NCBI GenBank assembly: GCA_043228905.1
Contig: JBHGNT010000002.1
Coordinates: 13,888,001-13,952,000, forward strand
Origin: Azolla caroliniana
Taxonomy: Eukaryota; Plantae; Polypodiophyta
Reading direction: 5' to 3'
Length of the DNA: 64,000 nt
The notes beneath the pieces are model-generated. The model searched no databases. It had not been told where the DNA came from and saw only the letters and a list, made by a program, of their open reading frames with translations. Shown one piece after another: positions 50,301 through 62,249 of this stretch (position 1 is its first letter; every line of letters begins with the position of its first letter). The position numbers and the translations under genes were made by a program.

Positions 50301-53300
50301 GTTCTATGTAGTTGACTTTTTAGTTGGAGTTTAAGAAGCTTGTATTGTACCCTAAATTTATAATATAACATTCATTTCTCTTTCTTTTCTCTATCTCTCT
50401 TCATCATTTTTGCGTTGAAGGACATATTCTGTCTGTATCATTGGAAAAGTCTTGTTTTTAGTTGATATGACTTTTTAGTTTGCTTTGGCAAGTGATGGGG
50501 TCCAAGATGCAGGAGCATTCTTGATCGCCTTTGAACATCATGCAATATCGATATGGAAGATTGTAAAAGGAACGTATGGGGAAGCTTAATAGATAGTCGG
50601 TTCAACCAACCATGGTTGTTAGGTACGTTAGATACGGTACAAATACCATACATATATAACGTATTAATATAGGTATAGTACCTCCCAATTTAAAAATACG
50701 TTAAATACGTTTTTTAATTTGTTAAATACTTATAAGATACATAAAATACGCATAATACGTTAAATACTTCTAGAATTTGAAATTTATTTACCTTCCTAAA
50801 AAATATTTGTAATATTGTAATATTGTAATCGTGTATGCAATGTAACGAAGGATTCCATGGCTGGAGTTGCATCTTAAAAGTTTCCAAGCATTAAAGGGCA
50901 AACCGAGTAGGCCTATCACTTTAGTACAAAAATATGTACATGACTTCGTACATACTTGAGGTATGGCAATTTCCACACCAGTAAAGCTGGGAAACCATTT
51001 ACAATCTACAGTTATAACTGCAAAATCACAACTGGTTCATAAACATTTTTAATAAAGAAAATGTATCAGAATCAAAGATGGCTCTACTATATGGCCACAT
51101 GAATGAACTATCAAGAGCTCGTATGAGAGTTGGCCTCCTAACAACTCTCTAGCAATGGCAGAATATTTCCAAGATGTCAAGAAGCAAGATATACTTCCAC
51201 TCACTAACAACATTTATTACTAACACATACAACACTATTTGTCCGAAAGCACTAGACAAGATCCACAGACAAATACTGTGTGGTGTTCAACCCTTTGGAT
51301 CAAACCAAACGCACATGAAACATTAGTAGATCTAGGGTAGCATCCATTAAAAAATGGTGTCGTGTCAAAGCATGTCGCGTATAAGAGCTTGGCGTGTCCG
51401 GGTGGAACCGCTGGAGTTCTGAACCAGGAGAGTGGAAATAAGAAGATGAAAGAGAAGAGTGGGAAGTTGAGCCGGAAGTATCTCAATAGTCACGAGTGGT
51501 TTGCAGCCCTACCCGTGAAGACAAAAACCCTTATATTGTTCCACCTACGTAACCAAATTAAGTGTGCAACACAGACTGAAAAGCCCTCTGGAAGAGCTTT
51601 CCAACGAGCTATAGAACGTCGAAAACAGACGTCAGAATTGAGAGTTATCAAGAAAATACCATACAACACTACTCCTCCAACGCAGACGAAGAAGAAATGC
51701 CAAAATAGGAAATTCACTATTTCTTCGAGAGAAAAAAAACCCTTTACAAAATAGGACTCTTTGATTGTTTCCCCTCCCCTCCATGACAATAATCCTCCCC
51801 TCTTATACTAAATTGATGTCATTACATGTAGGCCATGTGGCACACACCTAGAGAAGCTTGTGCATGTGCGTGATATAAAGCATATGGGCCATGTGGCACA
51901 CATGTAGAGAAACTTTGCATGTGCGTTATATGGTGCACATGAAATACATTACATGGTTTTCACTACACAACATTTGTTCCATAATAATGCAAATAATCCC
52001 TAAGAACAATAATACTAAAGAACTTTGAGTCTAGAATGTAAATAAACTCCAATGAATCGAATCAGGTGGATCTCCAAGGAGTGTTGGGTCACCGAACCAA
52101 GTCGAGATGTGTGGTTGTAGTTGAGGCAAGTGTGGAATCGTGGTGGCACCAATCGGTCGTATCCCTTTACGACATGCACCCCCTCCTAACCTGCACATCC
52201 TCCGGTATGTGCCGAGTGGAGAAAATTTAAGCAAAGTCTTCTTTCCTTTTATTTGAACATTTGATGCATGCAAATCATCTTCATTCAATTCCAGAATCGA
52301 CATGAGAGACATCTTCTCCCCTTCAAACTTCTCGTTTACTTTCTCTTCTAGGTGAGAATCATGTGATGAAACTGTCGTTACCGCTTCTAATTGGATACTT
52401 GTAGTTGCCACATCATGGACCACCTCTTCTTCAACATCTTCTTCCCAATTCGAATTAGCTTCCACGGATTGTTCATCCTGCAAAATGTCAGGAACAAGAG
52501 AGGCTCTTTGTTTAAAGAGTTTAATTCGTTTACCAGCAATCGGAATTCGAAGAAGAGTTCCATCAAATTCTGACAAGATATATGTTCCATTTTGCCGGAC
52601 TTCTATCACTCGATACAGCCCAAACCATCGATGAGAGAAATTTTTAATAGATTTGTGTTGATGCTCAAGGCTACTATTGAACACCAAAACCCAATCTCCT
52701 TTTTCAAATGGAATATTCCGAATTCGATGTCTCTTGTCAAGTCGATCCTTATTCTTCAATCAAACTTCTTGTTGTTTCTTGGCAGCTTCAGCTATATCCT
52801 CCGGCCTATTCTCTAATTGCTGAATCTGAATAGCCAACAAATCTTCACGTTCCATCTGATCTTCCCAAGGTAAAACTCCCCAAATGGGAATCATCCGTTC
52901 TGTAGGCATAATGGGCTTCTGACCAAAAAGTAGTTCCGATGGCATAAATCCCGTAACAGAGTTGTGAGTGCATCTATCAGCCCAGAGAGCATAAGGAAGC
53001 ATGTCAGGCCACATAGAAATTCGGCCATCACATGCTTTGACCAAAGCTTTCACAATCGGACCATGGCCCCTTTCCACTTTACCATTTCCCTCCGGATTAT
53101 ATGCAGTAGTCAAAGTCAATCGGATCCTGAATCTTTGGAAGAACATTCAAGCCTCATCTGAATCAAGCTCCCCTCGATCTGTTACAATCTGCCCAACATT
53201 ACCATATCTACAAATTACATCCTCTAATAAAAACTTTAGAACAGACGATGTAGACTTGTTTCAGAGAGGTCTTCCTTCCACTTGGTTGGACAAATCCTCT

Positions 53301-53805
53301 CGAGCAAGAACCAAGTATTTCATTTGATTTCGACCAGAGGGCATATGAACTATATCCACCATCCACTTATAATGCAACACAGGTCAATATGTCGGATGTA
53401 GCTCATCTCTCACCCTATAATCAGAATACATTTGACATTCAATGCATGATTCCACATACCTTTGGATATCCGCATACATTTGACTATCATGAAAATCGGA
53501 AATAATCTTATCTTTCTGAACCGGTAAATCGATAGCTCGATCTGGAGGATCCTTAACTTTCTTTGCAAGTCTCCAAAGATATCCATCCTTCAAGAGAAAC
53601 CTATAAGCCTTCTTCCTGAATAGCTGAAAATCCTTTGGTGTCTAATCAGGGCTTCCTTCTTGTGCTTGTAGGAATTTCCCGATTTGCAGTAGCTCTCCTT
53701 CATATTCCTCCTCTCTAAATTCAGGCACCTGCAAACCAATCTCATTACAAAAGAATCCAGTATCAAAATCATCCTCTTCCTCCAAAGAAGACGACTCTAT
53801 AATAG

Positions 53806-54367
53806 TGTTAGGAAACAGGTCCCTCCAGATGGGAAGTGAGAAGAACAGTGTTGATGAGCAACTCGGTCGAGGCCAATAGGCCTTGGCCGAATCCGGATGT
53901 GGAGTACCCAGCAACGGAAGACCCGGTGAGAACTGGATGTGGAGTACCCGGCAACGGAAGACCCGGTGAGAACCTGATGTGGAGTACCCGGCAACGGAAG
54001 ACCCGGTGAGAACCGGATGTGGAGTACCCGGCAACAGAAGGCCCGGTGAGAACCTCTCATCGGATGGAAGGGACATATATGTAAATATGTTCCAGAGAGC
54101 CCACTGGGGCTATATTTGTAAATAGCCCGATTGTGAGCAAGAGGTCGTTGCCTCTATGCTCCCTGTTGTATTACTTTACAGAGTGATAGGTTGGAGTCTG
54201 TGGACTCGCGTGGTTTTTCCCTCTCAGGGTTTTCCACGTTAATATCCTGTGTATTCTCTTTCTGTTTTGTGTACTTACCTCCATTCCCATTTCGTCTGTG
54301 TTTTGATTGTCATCAAGTGATCTACGCTCCGGTTGTGGCCGGAGATTAATCCGCGTATTTCACGTCA
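53806..54367 (+). mobile_element. Solo LTR H (copia type) inserted in G between RNase H and integrase
   Basis: TG..CA ends; perfect TSD AATAG; cgtggtttttcc..agggttttccacgt motif shared with the element C LTR. Confidence 0.9.
53891..54054. repeat. 40-bp x4 tandem repeat in LTR H
   Basis: ggagtaccc(g/a)gcaacggaagacccggtgagaaccggatgt at 53901, 53941, 53981, 54021. Confidence 0.95.
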
Positions 54368-57300
54368 AATAGTCCGTGCTCGGGACAACATATCATCCAT
54401 AACATTGGTTTTCCTTGTAATGTACTGGATCTCTGGGTTAAATGTTTTAATATAGACAATCCATCTCAACATGGATATATCTGTAGAAGAGCATCCTAAA
54501 ATCATTCCAAGGATTGACAGACAATCCGTCTCTATAACCACTTCCGATCCAATCAAATAATCCTTGTTTGTTTTAATCGCAGAAACTATGCCCCACAACT
54601 CTCTCTTGATTTGAGCATACCTTCTTTGTTGATCATGTAAAATCTTTGCTCCAAATCGAATAACATATCGATCTCCAGTTTCATCCTCTTGATTAATCAC
54701 CCATCCAATTCCAGTCGGACTTGCATCTACAGTCACAAAGATAGGTCGACCTTGCTCATATATAGGTCGTCACAAGGTTGGTGCAGATGACAAAAATATC
54801 TTAATCTTCTTCATGGCCAATGTATGCTCCTCCTCCCATATAAACCTTTGTCCTTTCCGTAATAACTTATATAAGGGATCAACAATATGTGCAAAATGTG
54901 GAATCCAAATATGATAAAAAACACATGCACCTAAAAACCGTCTTACTTCTGATGTTGACTTGTTGATATCCTCCATTGCATTGATGCCGTCCACCTTGGC
55001 TGGATCAGGTTTCCGACCATAGGGGCCACACAAATGCCCCACAATCCGCACTTCAGATCTACCAAAACTTGATTTTTCTCCAGAAATTGTCAAATGTGCC
55101 TCCTCTAAATTCTTCAATATGTCTTCACAGTCTGCTATATGATCTGAGACGAATTTCCGACATCCATCCGACCCAACTTCTTCATCCTTCTCCTCTTCTA
55201 GACATCCTTTAATTGGAATGTCATCCAAGAAAGGCATTGTTCGATGAGGAATGTGATCCCTGAGCACCTTATTCACTGCGTTCATCATATGAGTGACAAA
55301 ATTAGTTGCACCTTGTGGTAAAGTACACATTCGAACCAACCCAATAGGTGTACGCAATAGTAATATCCCTACTATCCAAAGCAAGCTGAAATTGATCATA
55401 TCCGGAATACAAATCAGCCATGGAGTAGATAGCTCTACCTGCAAAAGATTCTACGAAGGAATCCACGACGGGACCAACTCCTGAATTCCGAATTGTTACT
55501 TTGTTAACTGGTTGGAGATCTTGAATGAACCTGAGAGATCCATTCTTTTTTGGTACTGTAAACCACCGGTTAGAATACGGAGCATTCGAAGGCTCCAAGA
55601 TACCCATCCGCACCTTCTCTTTTAGCAACTCAATGAGTTTCGAAATATGAGCTCTTGGAACAGGAATTGGTTTCAAGTTCCAAGGCATATGAGGGACAGT
55701 AAAGATAATCATTGGCTCCACCAGTTGTGGGTCCACACAACCTATCTCTGAAGGTAAAAAAGCAAAAGCCTTACCATGTTGCGATAACATCTTTCGAAAT
55801 TGGCTTTCTTCAGCTTGATTAAGGAAATCACCCCCTCCTATTTGAAGTTTCCCTTGCGAAGACTTCGTAAACACATGACCAATCATCCTCTGATCCCGTA
55901 ACATTGGTTCTTCATTCACCCTTTTTAGCCGATCTATGCTATCAGCTGGCAATGGTTTCACTAAAGGTCGAACTTTCCAATCCATTGTCTTATATTTAGT
56001 ATGGACGCGAGCAACCATATCCATCCGATTTTGAAATGTTGCAATTTCAACATACATATCCACTGAATTGGCCAGAATAAAAAATGACTGACCTTCATTT
56101 GAATACAAAGAATTTCCCAACTCTCCAGTGGTATCCACAAAGGAAAGTTCCTCCATAATTCCTGACACTTGATCATCTGGTTCCAGAATCCGATGTTTAA
56201 GAAGCATCACCCGAATGTCTTCCACATTTACCTGGCTTTTACGATTTAAATCATCAATAGAAGAAAATGAGATTGCTCCAGTATAAGAAACATAAACTTT
56301 ATTATTTCCGGAACAATTATTCTCATACAGGGACTTTTGTTGTCCCAGACTATTATAGCCATGTTTTATAATAGTCCTATCTAAAAATCCTGATCAGAGG
56401 ATACATGTAAACTATCCTTGTTTCTTTCATGATTAGGTCGAACTGTCTGAAATTGTACTGTCCTTCCACCATCCATATCTTTGATCCGAGCATAGGCCGA
56501 TCCATCATCCAATACCTTGGTCTCCATGCAGACAACAACCATAAAGGGTTGCCCCAATATAACTGGATATGTGGCTGAATCCTGAATAAAGAAATGTTGA
56601 AGCACAGTAACACCACTTATTGACACCTCCACATCTGTCCTTCCACCATCCATCATCCAATACCTTGGTCTCCATGCGGACAACAACCATAAAGGGTTGC
56701 CCCAATATAACTAGATATGTGGCTGAATCCTGAATAAAGAAATGTTGAAGCACAATAACACCACTGATTGACACCTCCACATCTGGGCAAGCTCCAGATA
56801 ATTCCTCTGATGATTGTGTTGCTGCTCGAATCCTCCAATGGTGATCAGAAGTCATCGACCACCTTCCTTGCTTGTAAACCTCCAAGGACATGAGGTTTAT
56901 CTCCGAGCCACTATCAATCAGAGCCATGACTGCCTCCGATAAACCACCAAGTTGTACTTTCGTTTCTGTAGTTGCCCGAGCCCAATGATTCCGAGTAAAG
57001 TGGCTCCTCGGAATATTATCTTCATGCTTCAACACTTGTGTAGATCCTTCTTTCCATCCAGCCTCATTTGCAGTCATTATTGTATCAACTGGAATTTGCT
57101 TTCTTCGCATCTTCTCTAGTAAATCATCCTGAACTTCCTTTTTGGAGATTGCCAACAAGTCTCCTAATGGAACCGAGACATGTTGCTTTAGAACATAATT
57201 TTCAATGAAAGAGAAAGCATCTACCTCTTGTTCCAATTCAGTCCGCATCCGGAATGTTGGAGATGACTTCTTGGATACTTGTACAGGGTTTGGTTCAGCC

Positions 57301-60281
57301 TTTTGCATGTCCAAATTTTGCTTTTCGGATGGAGAATGAAAATCAACCCTCTTTAGAACTCGTTCACGATCCAACTCTTCCTCTCTTCTCCTCTTCTCCT
57401 CTACCATCACATCATAATTTGTGGGAAAAGTTGGATCACTCCAACCAGTCCTTTGACAACCATCTTCAATAAGAACAGTTTGAATAGTTGGATCTTGCTT
57501 GGGCAATTCAATTAGTCGAATAACAGCCGAAGTAGAATGGAAAATAGCTTGTGCATGTCGAAGCTCTTCTTCCTCCAAGAGCTTTTTCTTTCCTCCTCGC
57601 CCAAAATTTGATTTTAGTGGTTGACGAGTCACGGATGAGTGGCCGATCCTTGTAGAATATGAGGTTCTTCTGCATCGCCCCCTGATGCTCCGCACACTCC
57701 GATCTTCGATGCTCCAAACTATCACACTATAGGCATCGAAAATCCCTAGTCGGAAGAGTTCGTTGCACTTGTGGCTGATGTTGCACCTTCGACATAGAAG
57801 AAATCTTCCACTCCATGAATTGTTTCACTAGGTCATCTACGTCACTTGGTTGTGGTTTCTCCATAGATGCCTCAATCCATGTTCTTGTCTTCAAAGAGGA
57901 GGTCAGAGTAGTGTTTCCAAGTCCCTTCGAGCCCAACCATGTTCTTCTTTTCTCATATCGAAGGTAGATGGACCAAATTTGGCTCCAATCCTCCTCTAAA
58001 CTTGTTTCAGTTTCACTTGATTCCATAAGTTTTCCTAGCTCTACCCTATCTGCATAGGGAACCGAGCGAAGGAAGAGAACCACCTTCTCTGGTTCAAGCA
58101 AAGTTTGCTCCCGAACTGAGAGTTGTTGGAACTTTGCTTCAAAATCAATAAGGGTCTCTAGAACTGACCCATGCTTCTTGTCCAACTCCACCCAAGCTTC
58201 AAATGCCTGCCGAGTCATCTTGGTGGAATCAACATGATTAAAAACATTGAGCAAATCACGACGGAATGCCTCCCATTCAACATCTTGCGTTTGAAGCTCC
58301 TCTATGATAGGAAGAACATCGGTAGCTACCACACGATGGAAGTTGGATTTCTTCAAATCAGTGGGAATATTGCGATGTAACATCTCCGCATCGAACACCT
58401 GCAAAAATTGGGTCACATCCTTTCTAGTGAATGGACCTAACTTCTCTAATACCCCATCCACATCTCCATCTAGGTTCGGACTCCTCTCCCTCCCTATGAG
58501 AACAACTTCTAGAATTGATTGAAGTTGTGCTGCATCCATGTTAGAAGAGGTAAAATCCCAAAGAACTCACTCTCCTTGCCGCCCGTTTTCACGTTGGGTT
58601 CACCACATGTCGTGTCAAAGCACGTCGCGTATAAGAGCTTGGCGTGTCCAGGCGGAACCACTGGAGTTCTGAACTAGGAGAGTGGAAATAAGAAGATGAA
58701 AGAGAAGAGTGGGATGTTGAGCCGGAAGTATCTCAATAGTCACGAGTGGTTTGCAGCCCTACCCGTGAAGACAAAAACCCTTATATTGTTCCACCTACGT
58801 AACTAAATTAAGTGTGCAAACACAGATTTTCAACGAGCTATAGAACGTCGAAAACAGACGTCAGAATTGAGAGTTATCAAGAAAATACCGTACAATGCTA
58901 CTCCAACGCAGACGAAGAAGAAATGCCAAAATAGGAAATTCACTATTTCTTCGAGAGAAAAAAACCCTTTACAAAATAGGACTCTTTGATTGTTTCCCCT
59001 CCCCTCCATGACAATAATCCTCCCCTCTTATACTAAATTGATATCATTACATGTAGGCCACGTGGCACACACCTAGAGAAGCTTGTGCATGTGCGTGATA
59101 TAAAGCATGTGGGCCATGTGGCACACATGTAGAGAAACTTTGCATGTGCGTTATATGGTGCACATGAAATACATTACATGGTTTTGACTACACAACATTT
59201 GTTCCATAATAATGCAAATAATCCCTAAGAACAATAATACTAAAGAACTTTGAGTCTAGAATGTAAATAAACTCCAATGAGTCGAATCAGGTGGATCTCC
59301 AAGGAGTGTTGGGTCACCGAACCAAGTCGAGATGTGTGGTTGTAGTTGAGGCAAGTGTGGAATCGTGGTGGCACCAATTGGTCGTATCCCTTTACGACAA
59401 CGGTCAAGTGATGAACTTTACAAGGCAAGGTTATGTAGGGTTTTTACGGTTTTGTTATTGAACAAGAAAATCAACAAACTAAAATGTAGAATTGTCCAAT
59501 CCCTGAGGTAAAATCCATAACACTACCAAGTTTTTAATCGAAACACATGCTATTTCAAGATAATAAAATTGCCCTTCACCTATTTTTTTATATAACAATA
59601 ACAATCAATCAACACTAATAAAAAACCATGGTTCCCAACCATTGAATGCAAAATTATGAAATGATCAAAATACCATGATTTCCAAAAATAAATGAAGTAA
59701 AAAGACAGTAGATAATATCATCCACTACAGTTGCAACATCAAGAACTAATCATTATTATCCTACCTCCGCTCAATTTCTTAATATATAGTAGCAGCTCAT
59801 TTCTTCTACACACTACATATAGGATCCATGCAAAACCCTTCTTTTGAAGGGAAGTCCTTCCAAACAAGTCCCTCTCAAATTTATTCCTCTTTATTGAGTC
59901 ATGGTTTGATGATCAGTTATGAGAAACTTTTGACAAGAAAGTGTGAGATTTTGAATGGTGTGAACCATCTCTTAAGAAAAGACTTGCTTAAGAGGGCTTC
60001 AATACCTCCAACCATGTTGAATGACTGTTCAGGTAGGTCATCGAATTGCCTTCCAAAACACCATGCAAATATACATAAAATATTTAGTGTATAGCTACGT
60101 CATTTGTTCCTATGATGGATTTTATTTTTAGAACATGAAAGTGTTTACAAAGATGGTGCCAGATATAGTTGGACCCACAACATTAGGAAGTTCACACTCT
60201 CAAAACACCCACTATAAAGACAAGCATATTTACATCTGTAAATAAATGGAGTTGGTGGTGTAATGCAATGGAAGATGATTG

Positions 60282-60346
60282 AGTGTGTGTGTGTGTGTGT
60301 GTGTGTATGCATGTAAGGCAAAACCGAGAGAGAGAGAGAGAGAGAG
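60282..60346. repeat. (GT)n and (GA)n microsatellites
   Basis: Visible directly. Confidence 0.9.
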
Positions 60347-62249
60347 CTTAAGATAGAGATAAAAGACTGTATTTTATATTAACCAAAATAATTCCAACAA
60401 TAACTAAGTTACAAGGGGTTGGTTTAAATACCAACTAAACTAGGGCAAGTGCCCTTTCTACTATTTACAAAACTAGCCGGGTATGATCATGAGCTAGTGT
60501 GAAACCTATTATTATGGGAAGTTGAGTTCGACTCTCAACACACCCCTTCGAAAACAACTTCCATCTGTCAAAAAATTGTTTCGGTTTGGTCTTCAGAATT
60601 CGGCTTCCAGTGTTTGTAATCCTCAAACTGGATTGTTCGGCTTTTCGGCTTCGTGCTCGATTTGATTAACTACGTGTTGCATACTCACGTATCGTTCTGT
60701 GTTACATACATGTCATACTCCCCCTCAAGCTCGGCAATGTGGATGTCGTGAGACCAAGGTCTAATGTGAATTGCCCGAGCTTGTCGACCCCTAAGGCCTT
60801 CATAAAAATATCAACAATCTGGAGGTGCGTATTGATATGTTGTAGATCGATATCTCCGGACAGTACGCGCTCGCAAATGAAGGGGTATTTGATGTGTTTA
60901 GTCCGCGTGTGGAAAACGGGGTTCCAAGCGAGGTAGATGCTGCTCATGTTGTCGCAAAAGAGGCGAATTGGATCCGTAATGGGAACGCCCAGATCCCTCA
61001 GTATGCGCTTGACCCATACGGCTTCACATGCGGCGATTGCCGCACCCTTGTATTTGGCTTCCGTGCTTGATAGTGCGACTGTTGGCTACTTCTTACTGCT
61101 CCAGGAGATCGCTCCATTGCTGAGGGAGAAGATGAATCTAGATGTGGATCGTCTATCTGCTTTGTATCTTGCCCAGTCTGCGTCTGTGTATTCTTCGAGT
61201 CGAATGGTCGTATTTTACTTATACAAAATGCCGTAATCCATCATCGTACTGACATACCGGAGTATCCTCTTAGCGCAATCGAGATGAAAGTTTCGTGGAT
61301 CCTGCATGAATTGACTAAGTAGGCCGATCGAATAATTGTGGCCGGGTCGCGTAATGGTGAGATAGATTAAGCTGCCGATCAGTTGACGATATTGAGTTGA
61401 CTCGCACACAACTGTGTTGGAATCGGCATCCATTTTGAGATTACGATCGAGAGGGATGGACACAGGTTTGCATTCGGTCATTCCGAACTTGTAGAGCAAG
61501 TTGACAATGTAGTGCCGTTGAGAGCAAGCTGAGAACGTAATCCGACTGGTGTCCGAATTACTTCAATGCTAAGGAAGTAATGGAGCTCGTGCAAGTCTTT
61601 CATTTCGAATATGCCGGAGAGAAGTGATTTGACTTTGTTAATCTCGGCGAGATCCGTTCCTCTGATGACCAAATCATCCACATAAAGGATGATGACAATC
61701 GGGCTATCTGACTCGTTTCGGATGTATAGAGAAGTATCGGATTTTGACATTCGAAATCCAATCTGATGAAGATATTGCGTGAACTTCGAGTGCCATGCAC
61801 GTAGAGAGGCTTCTTGAGTTGGCACACAATGTTTGGATGATTGTGCGATTCAAAACCAGGTGGTTGGATCATGTACACCTCCTCTTCCAATTTTCCTTGA
61901 AGAAAGGCGTTCTTGACATCCATCTGGTGGAGGTGCCACCCTTTTCCTGTCGCGATTCCAATTACGGTCCGCACAGTTGTCATCTTTGCCACCGGGGCAA
62001 AGGTCTCTTCGTAGTCTACGCCGTGCGTTTGTGCGTATCCTTTTGCAATGAGCCGTGCTTTAAAGTGATTTACGGAGCCGTTGGCATTGTATTTCACTTT
62101 GTAAATCCACTGCAGCAATCACTTTCTTGTTTGGAGGGTGAGGAACAAGATCCCAGGTCTTGTTTTTGCATAACGCTTCCATTTCCTCATTCATCGCATC
62201 GACCCATCGCGGATCCTTTATGGTTTTAGAAAGCATCTCCGGCTCCTGT
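60312..62249 (-). mobile_element. Element I: 3' half of a Ty1/copia related to D, interrupted by element J
   Basis: Probable 3' LTR 60312-60540 (TG..CA, PPT at 60541-60550); RT/RNase H remnants KARLIAKGY, HQMDVKNAFL, LYVDDL, HTRTKHI. Confidence 0.85.

Larger units (their letters stand above)
52180..58539 (-). pseudogene. Element G gag-PR and RT-RNase H-integrase, disrupted
   Basis: LIDSGSEINL protease; LRFIQDLQPVNKVT, LPQGATN, FLDDIPIKG RT; VDASPTGIGW RNase H; AYNPEGNGKVERGH integrase; GPY/F-like tail; no chromodomain. Confidence 0.92.
51358..59399 (-). mobile_element. Element G: full-length disabled non-chromovirus Ty3/gypsy, tRNA-Trp PBS
   Basis: LTRs 51358-52174 and 58608-59399 (TGTCGT..ACGACA); PBS ttcacgttgggttcacca 58588-58605; PPT 52175-52190; 4-bp TSD atgg/acgg. 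Confidence 0.95.

Noticed and set aside
50611-59630. hAT-like element with CCATGGTT..AACCATGG ends enclosing G
   Set aside because: ATAC-rich subterminal motifs are suggestive, but the TIR is only 8 bp and there is no clean TSD or transposase motif.
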